Source: Pusillimonas sp. (GTDB lineage: Bacteria > Pseudomonadota > Gammaproteobacteria > Burkholderiales > Burkholderiaceae_B). From it: a stretch of 64,000 nucleotides of DNA. Both the position numbers and the translations under genes were made by a program. The stretch is from contig JBLWTG010000004.1 in the NCBI GenBank assembly GCA_048270225.1, forward strand, positions 86,452-150,451, read 5' to 3'. A model generated the notes under the pieces. It saw only the letters and a program-made list of their open reading frames with translations. It was not told the DNA's origin and ran no database searches. Below are positions 27,436 to 37,423 of the stretch, piece after piece. Within the stretch, counting starts at the first letter, position 1. Every line of letters starts with the position of its first letter.

Positions 27436-28169
27436 CCTTTGCCTACGACGCCATCCTGCTCTTCATCCGCCTGGGCAACCGCTATTGCCGCAATGTGGGC
27501 CAGTTCCCGCGATGCCTTAAGGACTTTGCCGGCGTAGCCCGGCGTGTTGCCGGAATACTTGCGCAGCGCCTTGTTCAGGTTTCCATTGGCTGCATCCAGA
27601 TACTCTTGCAACACATCCGTGCCCACGCGCACATTCACTTGCGGATCGAACAGCGATTCAGATGGGTGCAGTTTGTCACGATGCCAGCGCCTGACCACCT
27701 GCATCAAGCCCTGTGCGCCGTATCGACTTTGAATTTTCGGTCTTAATGAGCTTTCCTTTTGCATGATGGCAATGAGCAGCTCCGGTGTCAGCCCGTCGCT
27801 TGCCTGGGCTTCGTTCCAGGCAAGATCCACGTAGTTGCGCATCACGGTCAGCGATTTGCGGAATTTCTTGGCCAGATATTCGGCCTGGGCCTGCTTGCTG
27901 GCTTCGTCAGCGATTGAATCCAGACTGTGCTGGTCCAGGCGTTCAAGCAGATAGGGCGCAGAGTCGGGAGGCTCAGCCCACTGTTGCAGCGATATGCTTA
28001 AGCTGCTTGTCATGTCGCTGTCGGTGCTGAGTTTTCCGGCCCAGGCCGCAGTGGAGGCCAGCAGGCTGGCCGCCAGACAAAGACAGGCAAGGAAACCGCT
28101 GCGGTGTGTAAGGAGTGCTGTGCGACAGCCTGGTTGAATAAAGATAGCTGAAAAAATGGTTCTGATCAT
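27432..28169 (-). CDS. Lytic transglycosylase, SLT domain
   Basis: Catalytic Glu in IMQKESS, GAQGLMQV, NVRVGTDVLQEYL. Start uncertain. Confidence 0.85.
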   Translation of the reverse strand: MIRTIFSAIFIQPGCRTALLTHRSGFLACLCLAASLLASTAAWAGKLSTDSDMTSSLSISLQQWAEPPDSAPYLLERLDQHSLDSIADEASKQAQAEYLAKKFRKSLTVMRNYVDLAWNEAQASDGLTPELLIAIMQKESSLRPKIQSRYGAQGLMQVVRRWHRDKLHPSESLFDPQVNVRVGTDVLQEYLDAANGNLNKALRKYSGNTPGYAGKVLKASRELAHIAAIAVAQADEEQDGVVGKG

Positions 28170-28460
28170 CGGCCCATGGCATCCATGAGCAGATGCCGGA
28201 TGCGTGATGTTATGGTGGCGGAGCAGGAAGGAGGAGAAAGCTCCGCTGGTACGCGTGACATCATAACGCGTCAACCCGGCATAAATGCGTGCGCGTGTAA
28301 GCGGAGGCAACCTTCTGTTTGCTCGGCAGGAAGCCTGATCCGCCATGCAGAGCCATTTCTGGCGTGCCGCCAAGCGAACGGGAAGTGCTATAGTCCGCGG
28401 GCAGTGCTGCATCGGTAAAACGCGCCGTAACGGCACTGTGATTGCACGCGGCTAGCATAC

Positions 28461-28495
28461 AAAAAAAGCACTTACATACCGTAAGTGCTTTTTTT
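28461..28495. terminator. Bidirectional intrinsic terminator downstream of the tRNA operon
   Basis: AAAAAAAGCACTTAC-ATACC-GTAAGTGCTTTTTTT. Confidence 0.85.
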
Positions 28496-28505
28496 CTGAA
28501 TTCTT

Positions 28506-28582
28506 TGGCGGAGCGGACGGGACTCGAACCCGCGACCCCCGGCGTGACAGGCCGGTATTCTAACCAACTGAACTACCGCTCC
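28506..28582 (-). tRNA. tRNA-Asp (GTC)
   Basis: Reverse complement GGAGCGGTAGTTCAGTTGGTTAGAATACCGGCCTGTCACGCCGGGGGTCGCGGGTTCGAGTCCCGTCCGCTCCGCCA. Confidence 0.98.
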
Positions 28583-28620
28583 GCAGCGGTGTACCACTTA
28601 AAAACAAAGCCAGGAAAACC

Positions 28621-28696
28621 TGGCGTCCCCTAGGGGATTCGAACCCCTGTACCCACCGTGAAAGGGTGGTGTCCTAGGCCTCTAGACGAAGGGGAC
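28621..28696 (-). tRNA. tRNA-Glu (TTC)
   Basis: GTCCCCTTCGTCTAGAGGCCTAGGACACCACCCTTTCACGGTGGGTACAGGGGTTCGAATCCCCTAGGGGACGCCA. Confidence 0.98.
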
Positions 28697-28774
28697 AGGA
28701 CTTAAACAAGCTGCGCATTTTAGCATATTAAATGCGACGATACTGCGTTGCCCTAAGGCGTTCTTCGTTAAACC

Positions 28775-28850
<76 letters not shown>

Positions 28851-28894
28851 GTACTTGGATGTCTAGCGAAGAAGCGAGATTATGCACGATTTTT

Positions 28895-30547
28895 TTATCG
28901 TGTGCAAGTCGACCTCGAAATTCCTTTCAGCTTCAGCATCACACCCAATACCAGAAACAGGCCCAGCCAACCGAGCACAAGTTTGTCGCCCCAGCGGACA
29001 TAGGGCGTGAGGCCTGTCATGCCCTGTACTTCCACATCCAGCACGCCTTTGCTCAAGGGATCAAGCACGGCGCGCACCGTGCCGTCGGGATCGATGGCTG
29101 CCGTCATGCCGGTATTGGTGGCGCGCACCATGGGGCGTGCGGTTTCCAGGGCGCGCATGCGTGATATCTGCAGGTGCTGACGCAGCGCCCAGGAGTCTCC
29201 GAACCAGCCCAGATTGCTGAGATTCAGCAGAATGGAGGCGCCGGGATCGGATCCGTCGAGCGGCCGCACCGACTGGATGATTTCCTCGCCGAACAGATCT
29301 TCGTAGCAGATATTGGGCGCAATCATCTGATCGCGGATCGGAAACAGGGCCTGGCGCACCGCGCCGCGGTTGAAGTCACCCAGAGGAATGTTGAGCGCGT
29401 CGACAAACCACCTGAAGCCGGGCGGAACGAACTCGCCGAAAGGCACCAGATGGTGTTTGTCGTAGCGCATGGGAGTGTGTGCGTCGGTGAAGTCGGCAGG
29501 CGGCGTCGTGGCGTCGAAGCCGATGGCGCTGTTGGTGTAGCGGTCTTCGGCGAGCCGCCGCTCGTGCAAAGGCATGCCCATGATGATGCTGGCGTCGCGG
29601 TTGCGCGCGACGTCCAGCCAGCGATCCCACAGGCTGGGCGCGACCTCGTCCTGAAAGAGCGGGACGACGGTTTCAGGCATGACGATCAGGTCAGGCTTGC
29701 CGTCGGGGCTGCGGGGCGGGAGGGCGGCCAGTTCGAGATAGTTGAGCTGGCCCTGGACGAACATCGATGGCTCGAACTTGTCCGATTGCGGCACATTGCC
29801 CTGGACCAGCCGGATGATCATGGGCTTGCCGTGAGGCGTCGACCAGCCGACGTGCGCCAGAAAGATGCCGACCAGTCCGATCAGCACGGCAACGCCCACG
29901 CCGACGGCGGCGCGGGCATCGTTCTGTGTGTCCTTGGCGCAGGCCAGCAGTGCAATGGCAGCCGAGGCGAAGGCGGCGAGCCAGGCCACGCCGTACACGC
30001 CGACAATAGGCGCCCAGCCGGCCAGCACGCCTTCTACATGAGCGTAGCCGATGTTCAGCCACGGCAGGCCGGTGAAGAGCGTGCCGCGCAGCCATTCGCA
30101 AGCCGTCCAGCAGGAGGCCCAGATGGCGGCGGAAAGCAGTTGGCGCTGGTAGCTGGGCATGTCGGGCAGGTAGCGCGCGCCCAGGTAGAAGGCCAGTCCT
30201 GTGGCCAATGCGCCGTAGAGCGCCAGCCAGGCGGCCAGCAGGACCACCGCGCCAACGGCCAGGGGCGAGGCCAGGTCGCCGTAGCGATGCAGGCTGATAA
30301 ACAGCCAGTACAGGCCGATGCCGAAATTGCTGAAGCTGAATGCGTAGCCGGCGATGAGGGCCTGCCTGAGGCTGGCGGCGCGCATGGCGTGCCAGGCCAT
30401 GGCTGCCAGGGTGAACACCTGCACAAACGGCAGGGCCCAGTGAGGCAGCGGCCCGGGGGCGAAGGACAGGGCATGCGCCGCGCCCAGGGCAAGCAGGGCG
30501 ATCACGGCGGGCGAGGGGATCCAGGGGCGGTGCAGAGTGTTTTGCAA
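28895..30547 (-). CDS. lnt: Apolipoprotein N-acyltransferase
   Basis: VMPET, YDKHHLVPFGEFVP, PNICYEDLFG, NLSNLGWFG; adjacent to corC. Confidence 0.95.
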   Translation of the reverse strand: MQNTLHRPWIPSPAVIALLALGAAHALSFAPGPLPHWALPFVQVFTLAAMAWHAMRAASLRQALIAGYAFSFSNFGIGLYWLFISLHRYGDLASPLAVGAVVLLAAWLALYGALATGLAFYLGARYLPDMPSYQRQLLSAAIWASCWTACEWLRGTLFTGLPWLNIGYAHVEGVLAGWAPIVGVYGVAWLAAFASAAIALLACAKDTQNDARAAVGVGVAVLIGLVGIFLAHVGWSTPHGKPMIIRLVQGNVPQSDKFEPSMFVQGQLNYLELAALPPRSPDGKPDLIVMPETVVPLFQDEVAPSLWDRWLDVARNRDASIIMGMPLHERRLAEDRYTNSAIGFDATTPPADFTDAHTPMRYDKHHLVPFGEFVPPGFRWFVDALNIPLGDFNRGAVRQALFPIRDQMIAPNICYEDLFGEEIIQSVRPLDGSDPGASILLNLSNLGWFGDSWALRQHLQISRMRALETARPMVRATNTGMTAAIDPDGTVRAVLDPLSKGVLDVEVQGMTGLTPYVRWGDKLVLGWLGLFLVLGVMLKLKGISRSTCTR

Positions 30548-30551
30548 GAGG

Positions 30552-31439
30552 TCAGTCGTCGGTATGCGGCGGGGCCATGGGTGCGGGGGCGTTATGCTGG
30601 ATATGCAGCCAGAGCGCGCGCCGCGTATCTGCGCCCACGACGGTGATGTTCATGCCTTCGTGATTGATGCTGTCGCCGCGCCTGGGGATGCGGCCCAGTT
30701 CGGCGGCCAGCCAGCCGCCCAGGGTGTCGTAGTCGTCGTCGGGCAGGCGGGTGCCGAAATTTTCGTTGAAGACGTCGATCTCGGTAATGCCCATGGCCCG
30801 CCAGCTGTTGGTGCCGGTCTGGAAAATGGTTTTTTCCGCGTCTTCGTCGTATTCGTCTTCGATGTCGCCGACGATCTGCTCCAGCACGTCTTCCATGGAA
30901 ACCAGGCCTGAGATGCCGCCGTGCTCGTCGACCACGATGGCCAGGTGATTGCGGCTGATGCGAAAGTCGTGCAGCAGCACGTTCAGGCGTTTGGTTTCGG
31001 GGATGAAGACGGCGGGCCGCACCAGCGGACGCAGCGCAATGGACGGGTTGCTGACGGACAGCAGCAGGTCCTTGGCGAGCAGTATGCCCACGATGTTGTC
31101 GCGGTCGTCTTCGTACACGGGAAAGCGCGAGTGGCCGGTTTCGATGATCTCGGGCAGGATTTCGGCCAGTGGCTTGCTGATGTCCAGCATATCCATCTTG
31201 GAGCGCGGCACCATGATATCGGCCACGGTCTGTTCGGCGACATCCAGCGCGCCCGAGATCATGGCATAGGCTTCGCCATCCAGGACCTGACGGTCATGCG
31301 CGGCTTCCAGCACTGCCTTGATGTCATCGCGGTCGGCCGGCTCGGAGGGCCGCATGAACGAAGTTAGCCGTTTGAACAGGGACTTGCTACTGGTTTTTGC
31401 CGGGCGGGGCTCGGCGTCGGGAGAGCTAGGGTCTGACAT
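30552..31439 (-). CDS. corC: CBS/CorC-HlyC magnesium-cobalt efflux protein
   Basis: IMVPRSKM, GHSRFPVY, VVDEHGGISGLVSMEDVLEQIVGDIEDEYD. Confidence 0.92.
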   Translation of the reverse strand: MSDPSSPDAEPRPAKTSSKSLFKRLTSFMRPSEPADRDDIKAVLEAAHDRQVLDGEAYAMISGALDVAEQTVADIMVPRSKMDMLDISKPLAEILPEIIETGHSRFPVYEDDRDNIVGILLAKDLLLSVSNPSIALRPLVRPAVFIPETKRLNVLLHDFRISRNHLAIVVDEHGGISGLVSMEDVLEQIVGDIEDEYDEDAEKTIFQTGTNSWRAMGITEIDVFNENFGTRLPDDDYDTLGGWLAAELGRIPRRGDSINHEGMNITVVGADTRRALWLHIQHNAPAPMAPPHTDD

Positions 31440-31567
31440 TGTCCAGGGGACTGAATACACGAATCTTTAGGATAACCGATTATGCCGGCACAGGTTAAGT
31501 GGGCTCGTTCGGGCAATAGTTTTTACCCTTGGTTTGTGCTAGGGCGGGCTGGGGCTGTGTTGCGGGC

Positions 31568-32161
31568 TCAGGACTGATAGGGATCGGGAAGGCCCATGCC
31601 CTTGAGGATGGAAATTTCCAGGGATTCCATTTCCTGGGCCTCGTCCTCGTCGATATGGTCGTAGCCCAGGGCGTGCAGTACGCCATGCACGACAAGGTGG
31701 GCTGCATGATGCAGCAATGGCTTGCCTTGCTCGGCCGCCTCGCGGTAGAGCACAGGCAGGCACAGCACGATGTCGCCGCTGGCACAGCCCTGCGGGTCCT
31801 GGCCATACTCGAAGGTGAGCACATTGGTGGCGTAGTCTTTGCCGCGAAAGCTGTGATTGAGCGTCCGTCCTTCGCTGTCGTCGACCAGGCGCAGGCCCAG
31901 TGTGACGTCCTTGAAAGGCTTGCGGGCGGTGGAGGGTGCGCTGCCTGAGGCTGCGCGTGCCGCCTGCGCTACGCCGTCGACGGCGCGGCGCACCCAGCGG
32001 CGTAGGCGCCAGCGCGGCAGCTCATCCGCCGGGACGCCATATTGTATGGAGAGTGACAGCGTGGGGGGCGTATCCGGCGCGGGGGCGCGTGCGCCGGCCT
32101 TGCCGCTGCTGGCGCTGCGCCCGGAGGGCCTGCCACTGGCCGGACCGGCGTTACGCGACAT
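31568..32161 (-). CDS. ybeY: rRNA maturation endoribonuclease YbeY
   Basis: KDYATNVLTF and HLVVHGVLHALGYDH zinc motif. Confidence 0.93.
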   Translation of the reverse strand: MSRNAGPASGRPSGRSASSGKAGARAPAPDTPPTLSLSIQYGVPADELPRWRLRRWVRRAVDGVAQAARAASGSAPSTARKPFKDVTLGLRLVDDSEGRTLNHSFRGKDYATNVLTFEYGQDPQGCASGDIVLCLPVLYREAAEQGKPLLHHAAHLVVHGVLHALGYDHIDEDEAQEMESLEISILKGMGLPDPYQS

Positions 32162-33167
32162 GATCGCCGGCCTGTTCGTAGGCATCCACGATACGCGCCA
32201 CCAGCGGGTGCCGGACGACATCCCGGCTGGTGAATTGCGTGGTGGCGATGCCCTGGACATTGCGCAGTACGTCTACGGCGTGTACCAGGCCGCTGGCCTG
32301 TCCGCGCGGCAGGTCGACCTGGGAAGGATCGCCGTTGATGACGGCCTTGCTGCCGAAGCCGATGCGCGTCAGGAACATTTTCATTTGCTCTGGCGTCGTG
32401 TTCTGGGCTTCGTCCAGGATGACGAAGGCATGATTGAGCGTGCGCCCGCGCATATAGGCCAGGGGAGCGATCTCGATGGTCTGTTTTTCGAACAGGCGCT
32501 GCACGCGTTCTATGCCCATGAGATCGTACAGGGCGTCGTAGAGCGGGCGCAGATAGGGGTCCACTTTCTGCACCAGGTCGCCGGGCAGAAAGCCCAGGCG
32601 CTCGCCGGCCTCGACCGCCGGGCGGGTGAGCACCAGGCGCTGTACGGTTTCGCGTTCCAGGGCGTCGATGGCGCAGGCCACCGCCAGCCAGGTCTTGCCG
32701 GTGCCTGCCGGCCCTATGCCGAAGGTGATGTCGTGGCGCAGAATCTGATTGAGATAGTCGCGCTGGCGCGGCGTGCGCGGGCGCAGGTCGGATTTGCGGG
32801 TGCGCAGATTCAGGCTCAGGTCGTCGACGGGCGGCAGTTCCGGCAGTGGTGCAGCCATGACGGCTTCGGGCTTGCCCTGTGTCTCGGTGAGTCCGGCGCC
32901 CAGTTCGACCATGCCCAACTGGATATCGTCTACGGACAAGGCCTTGTGTACTGCGCGCCGGTGAAAGAGCTCAATGGCCTTGGCAGCAGCCCTGGCCTGG
33001 TCGCCGGTGATCGAGAGGCGGTCGCCGCGGCGGCTGATGCCCACGTTCCAGCCGTCGGCGATCTGGCGCAGATTGGTGTCCAGCGGGCCGCACAGATTGG
33101 CCAGATGGGTATTGTCGCCGTCCAGCGTGACGATGATGGGCTTTTTGGGTTTGGCCGCCGCCGTCAT
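32151..33167 (-). CDS. phoH: PhoH-like ATPase (YbeZ)
   Basis: [29 protein letters not shown]. Confidence 0.95.
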   Translation of the reverse strand: MTAAAKPKKPIIVTLDGDNTHLANLCGPLDTNLRQIADGWNVGISRRGDRLSITGDQARAAAKAIELFHRRAVHKALSVDDIQLGMVELGAGLTETQGKPEAVMAAPLPELPPVDDLSLNLRTRKSDLRPRTPRQRDYLNQILRHDITFGIGPAGTGKTWLAVACAIDALERETVQRLVLTRPAVEAGERLGFLPGDLVQKVDPYLRPLYDALYDLMGIERVQRLFEKQTIEIAPLAYMRGRTLNHAFVILDEAQNTTPEQMKMFLTRIGFGSKAVINGDPSQVDLPRGQASGLVHAVDVLRNVQGIATTQFTSRDVVRHPLVARIVDAYEQAGDHVA

Positions 33168-34603
33168 GCGGTTTCCTCGAGTGAGTCGCGGGTCAGGATT
33201 TCGCCGCGCAGCGAATTGCTGAGCGCCTGGGTGATGCGAACGTCGATCATCTGGCCGATCAGGCGCGGCTGGCCCACAAAGTTGACCATGCGATTGTTTT
33301 CAGTGCGGCCGGCCAGTTCGCCGGGATCGCGCCGGGAGGGGCGCTCGACCAGGATGCGCTGGGTCGTGCCGACCATGGCGTTGCTGATGGCCGAAGCCTG
33401 TTCATTGATCAGGGCCTGCAGCCGGTGCAGCCGTTCTAGCTTGACCTGTTTTGGGGTGTCGTCTTCGAGATCGGCGGCCGGGGTGCCGGGACGGCGCGAA
33501 TAGACAAAAGAAAACGATTGGTCGAAGCCCACATCGCTGATGAGCTTCATGGTTTTTTCGAAGTCGGCTTCGGTTTCCCCCGGAAAGCCGATGATGAAGT
33601 CGGAAGACAGCGTCAGTCCCGGCCTGGCGGCGCGCAGACGGCGCACGATGGATTTGAACTCCAGCGTGGTGTAGCCGCGTTTCATGGCGGCCAGCGTAGC
33701 GTCGCTGCCGGCCTGCACGGGCAGGTGCAGAAAGGGCACGAGCTTGGGCAGGGCGCCGTGGGCGTCGATCAGGCGCGTGGTCATTTCCTTGGGATGCGAG
33801 GTGGTGTAGCGGATGCGCTCTATCCCCGGGATTTCGTGCACGTACTCGAGCAGCATGGCGAAATCGGCGATTTCATGGCTGTCGCCCATGGGGCCGCGGT
33901 AGGCATTGACGTTCTGGCCCAGCAGCGTGACTTCTTTTACGCCCTGGTCGGCCAGGTCGGCGATCTCGACCAGCACGTCGTCAAAGGGGCGCGATACTTC
34001 GGCGCCGCGCGTGTAGGGCACGACACAGAAGCTGCAATACTTGCTGCAGCCTTCCATGATGGAAACAAAGGCGGTGGGCCCGTCTATGCGGGCCGGCGGC
34101 AGGGCGTCGAACTTTTCGATTTCGGGAAAGCTGATGTCCACCTGCGAACGGCCCGAGGCGCGGCGCCGCGCGATGAGCTCGGGCAGACGGTGCAGGGTTT
34201 GCGGCCCGAACACCACGTCGACATAAGGGGCCCGCTTGACGATGGCCTCGCCCTCCTGGCTGGCCACGCAGCCGCCCACGCCGATGATGAGATCAGGCTT
34301 GGCCTGGCGCAGATGCTGTACCCGGCCCAGGTCGGAGAAGACTTTTTCCTGTGCCTTTTCCCGCACGGAACAGGTATTGAAAAGAATGATGTCGGCTTCT
34401 TCGGGGTTTTGGGTGATTTGCACGCCCTGGTCTTCGCGCAGGATGTCCGCCATTTTGTCGGAGTCGTATTCATTCATCTGACAGCCGAAGGTGCGGATGA
34501 AAAGCTTGCGCTGTGCGCCTTCGCGAGAGGCGTTGCTGCCGGAGGCGGGGAGAGCGGCGGCCGAGGTCTGGCCCGCATCGCGTTTGATGTTGGTTTCTTG
34601 CAT
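33164..34603 (-). CDS. miaB: tRNA-2-methylthio-N6-dimethylallyladenosine synthase
   Basis: [11 protein letters not shown], radical [12 protein letters not shown]-terminal TRAM domain. Confidence 0.97.
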   Translation of the reverse strand: MQETNIKRDAGQTSAAALPASGSNASREGAQRKLFIRTFGCQMNEYDSDKMADILREDQGVQITQNPEEADIILFNTCSVREKAQEKVFSDLGRVQHLRQAKPDLIIGVGGCVASQEGEAIVKRAPYVDVVFGPQTLHRLPELIARRRASGRSQVDISFPEIEKFDALPPARIDGPTAFVSIMEGCSKYCSFCVVPYTRGAEVSRPFDDVLVEIADLADQGVKEVTLLGQNVNAYRGPMGDSHEIADFAMLLEYVHEIPGIERIRYTTSHPKEMTTRLIDAHGALPKLVPFLHLPVQAGSDATLAAMKRGYTTLEFKSIVRRLRAARPGLTLSSDFIIGFPGETEADFEKTMKLISDVGFDQSFSFVYSRRPGTPAADLEDDTPKQVKLERLHRLQALINEQASAISNAMVGTTQRILVERPSRRDPGELAGRTENNRMVNFVGQPRLIGQMIDVRITQALSNSLRGEILTRDSLEETA

Positions 34604-34861
34604 GAGTGATTGCCGTGACGGGTGTATATCCCGGGGGCGCAGAATAAAAGCAGTATTGTACCGGCTTGCGTCGCCGGACAGGTCCAGGGCGTTCTGCTGG
34701 ACCCTCACATCATATGCATCTGGGTTATATGAATACACGTTTTATGTGTATACAATGACGGTACAAGAGCATGTATATAAATGTTAAGGATGGGGGATTT
34801 GCCTGCGGTGCTCGCCGCGGGCCGCGCCCCCATGTATGTCGAAAATCAGAAAGGGGCGATC

Positions 34862-36082
34862 ATGAGTGAATTGCAAGATATCAGCCGCCGGCGCATGCTG
34901 GCCACCACGGGCGGGCTAATGGCCTTTGCTGGTCTGGGCAGTATGCCTGGCCTGGCTTCCGCGCAAAAGGCCGCAGAAGGCGCGGCCGCGGCCAAGCCGC
35001 TGCCGGCCTATGCAGACTGGAAAGACCTGGACAGCATGATTGTCCACAGCGCCAACACCATAGAGCTGCGGCGTTCCGCGCTCGGTTCGGGGGCGATTAC
35101 GCCGCTGAATCGCTTGTTCGTGCGCAATAACGTCAATCCGCCTTCGGAAGAAATCGTCAAGAACCCGGATGCCTGGACACTGGAAGTAAAGGGTGTTGGC
35201 AAGCCGCGCAGCTTTACCGTGGCAGAGCTCAAGACGCTCGGCCTGGCGTCCGTGCCGGTCGTGCTGCAATGCTCGGGCAACGGGCGGGCATGGTTTCCGA
35301 GCAAGCCCAGTGGCACCCAGTGGTCGGTCGGCGCCGCCGGCTGCGTGATCTTCAGTGGCGTGCCTGTGAAGGCGCTGATTGAGGCAGTGGGCGGCATTGA
35401 GGATGGCATGGTCTACATGACGAGCACCGGCGGCGAAGAAATGCCGGCCGGCCTGGATCCCAATACCATCATGGTTGAGCGTTCCGTGCCGCTCAAGGCA
35501 TTGGATGATGCCATTCTTGCCTGGGAAGTCAATGGCGAACCGCTGCCGCTGGCCCATGGCGGCCCGCTGCGCGTCATCATTCCGGGCTATACCGGCGTGA
35601 ATAACGTCAAGTATGTCAAGCAGGTGGCCTTCACCAAAGAGCAGTCACCCGCCAAGATCCAGCAGACCGGCTATCGTTTCGCGCCGGTGGGCGAGAAGGG
35701 TGCGCCGGTACATGCCTCCATCTGGGAAATGCCCGTCAAGTCGTGGATCACTTATCCGGCCGAGCCTGACCAGGCCGTCAAGGCCGGCAAGGTGCAGATC
35801 CGCGGCGTTGCCATGGGCGGCATGAGCGCTGCCGACAAGATCGAAGTGTCTGTCAACGGCGGCAAGGACTGGCAGCAGGCTGAATTCGTGGGACCCGATC
35901 TGGGGCCTTATGCGTGGCGCGAGTTTGTTCTGTCCACGACGCTGGCGGCGGGCACGCACGAGCTGGCCAGCCGTGCCACCAATGCCAAAGGCGACGTCCA
36001 GCCTGAGGAGCGGCTGGAAAATAACCGCGGCTATCTCAACAATAGCTGGCGCGACCACATGGTGGCCATCAAGGCAGCCTGA
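34862..36082 (+). CDS. sorA: Periplasmic molybdopterin sulfite dehydrogenase (SorA/SorT-like, sulfite oxidase family)
   Basis: Tat signal SRRRMLAT; FVRNN; Mo-ligand Cys in LQCSGNGR; HGGPLRVIIPGYTG; C-terminal Ig-like dimerisation domain. Confidence 0.85.
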   Translation: MSELQDISRRRMLATTGGLMAFAGLGSMPGLASAQKAAEGAAAAKPLPAYADWKDLDSMIVHSANTIELRRSALGSGAITPLNRLFVRNNVNPPSEEIVKNPDAWTLEVKGVGKPRSFTVAELKTLGLASVPVVLQCSGNGRAWFPSKPSGTQWSVGAAGCVIFSGVPVKALIEAVGGIEDGMVYMTSTGGEEMPAGLDPNTIMVERSVPLKALDDAILAWEVNGEPLPLAHGGPLRVIIPGYTGVNNVKYVKQVAFTKEQSPAKIQQTGYRFAPVGEKGAPVHASIWEMPVKSWITYPAEPDQAVKAGKVQIRGVAMGGMSAADKIEVSVNGGKDWQQAEFVGPDLGPYAWREFVLSTTLAAGTHELASRATNAKGDVQPEERLENNRGYLNNSWRDHMVAIKAA

Positions 36083-36192
36083 CGCCGCCTGCCGGCCTTG
36101 TGCCGGCGCATCGAGACAGCGCGCCCGCCCGGGCGCGCTTTTCGCCTCGGTCCGGGGCGCGAACCCAATTTGTAAGCAACAAGGATGTAAGC

Positions 36193-36534
36193 ATGACGTA
36201 TTCCGTATCGCTGCGGCTGGCTGGTGTATTCCTGGCCTGTCTGGCCAGCCCAAGCCTGGCGGCCGAGCCCGACGCGGCCAAGCTGGAAAAAGGCAAGGCT
36301 GTTTTCATGACCGAGGCGGTGCCGGCCTGTGCGGTCTGCCATACGCTGGAAGATGCCGGCGCGACAGGGGCGATTGGGCCCAATTTGGACGAGCTGAAGC
36401 CTGGCTATGAGCATGTCAGGAAGATGGTGATGGAAGGCGCCGGCACCATGCCCTCGTTTGCCGAAACCCTGGACGAAGCGTCCATCGATGCCGTGGCGAC
36501 TTATGTGTCGCATGTGACGGGCGGCGGCGAATAA
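36193..36534 (+). CDS. sorB: Monoheme cytochrome c (SorB/SorU-like electron acceptor)
   Basis: Signal peptide, CAVCH heme motif, GPNLD, Met ligand in GTMPSF. Confidence 0.85.
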   Translation: MTYSVSLRLAGVFLACLASPSLAAEPDAAKLEKGKAVFMTEAVPACAVCHTLEDAGATGAIGPNLDELKPGYEHVRKMVMEGAGTMPSFAETLDEASIDAVATYVSHVTGGGE

Positions 36535-36560
36535 GTTCGCCGCTATATAGGTTCGCCATG

Positions 36561-36590
36561 ACTACTGTACCGAAGCTCCGGTACAGTAGT
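36561..36590. terminator. 12-bp perfect hairpin between convergent sorB and higA
   Basis: ACTACTGTACCG-AAGCTC-CGGTACAGTAGT; no U-tract. Confidence 0.5.
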
Positions 36591-36598
36591 GGCTTCCC

Positions 36599-37048
36599 TC
36601 AAGGGGCCCGGGTAGCTTCTATGAAGGCGCCTGCACCAACGTGAAAGCGCTCGACCAGCGCTGCAATCTGACGGGTGTTGAGCATCCGGCGGCCTGCGAG
36701 AATCTCGGACATCACGCTCTGGCTGCCTACTTCAGGCAGATCGGACTGGGTCAGCCCGTGCTGGTCCATCAGAAAACGCAGCACATCGCGGGGGGATGAA
36801 GCGGGGATGGCATGATGGCCGGCTTCGTATTCATGCACTGCCGCCGTCAGCAGGTCCAGCAAATCAGCCAGAGGATGCGAGGCGTCTTCTCGTGCGGATG
36901 TGTTGCGGGTTTCGTCCAGTATCGCTTCGATCAGCGCCAGGGCGCGGCGGTAGTCCGCCTCGCTGCGGATCGCACCCACGCCGGCCACCGCGCGGAACTC
37001 GCCATAGCTGCGGGCCACTTCGGCAAGGTTGTAGGTTACGGCTTCCAT
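36599..37048 (-). CDS. higA: HigA-like antitoxin (XRE HTH)
   Basis: PRDVLRFLMDQHGLTQSDLPEVGSQSVMSEILAGRR; overlaps the toxin stop. Confidence 0.88.
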   Translation of the reverse strand: MEAVTYNLAEVARSYGEFRAVAGVGAIRSEADYRRALALIEAILDETRNTSAREDASHPLADLLDLLTAAVHEYEAGHHAIPASSPRDVLRFLMDQHGLTQSDLPEVGSQSVMSEILAGRRMLNTRQIAALVERFHVGAGAFIEATRAP

Positions 37049-37317
37049 GAGTCGTATTCCTTGTGCGTAAAGACATGCTTGATAAAGACGGTCTGCGATC
37101 GGAACACCACATCGGCAATGATGCGGTATTTGTTGCCGCCTACGTTAAAGACAGCATAACCATCTACCCAGTCTACCGTGTTGAACACCGCTTTGAGCGC
37201 CGGGAAATCAGTTGCCTGGGCGTGCTCCAGCGTTGTGTGCCAATGAAGCAGCGCGCTGGTGGCCGCGGGGTGTGTTGTCCAGAATGCACGCAGCGGCCGC
37301 TTGGAGATGACATGCAT
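37036..37317 (-). CDS. higB: HigB-like mRNA interferase toxin
   Basis: MHVISKRPLRAFW...VFNVGGNKYRII...THKEYD; toxin gene lies upstream of the antitoxin. Confidence 0.9.
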   Translation of the reverse strand: MHVISKRPLRAFWTTHPAATSALLHWHTTLEHAQATDFPALKAVFNTVDWVDGYAVFNVGGNKYRIIADVVFRSQTVFIKHVFTHKEYDSWKP

Positions 37318-37423
37318 GTTGAATTATCGCAAAAACAAATAAAAATAGCAATATTCAATGGTGTGTAGCCCCCAGGCAGCATGCCGTGGGGGGGCTTACA
37401 CACAGGACGGTGGGACAGGAAGC

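Noticed and set aside
28216-28224. TGGCGGAGC match to the tRNA-Asp 3' end as a possible att site
   Set aside because: Only 9 bp, GC-rich, 290 bp from the tRNA and with no integrase; compatible with chance.
28170-28460. Riboswitch in the long SLT leader
   Set aside because: Some short dyads are present, but no complete c-di-GMP or other aptamer consensus could be traced. An Rfam scan is needed.
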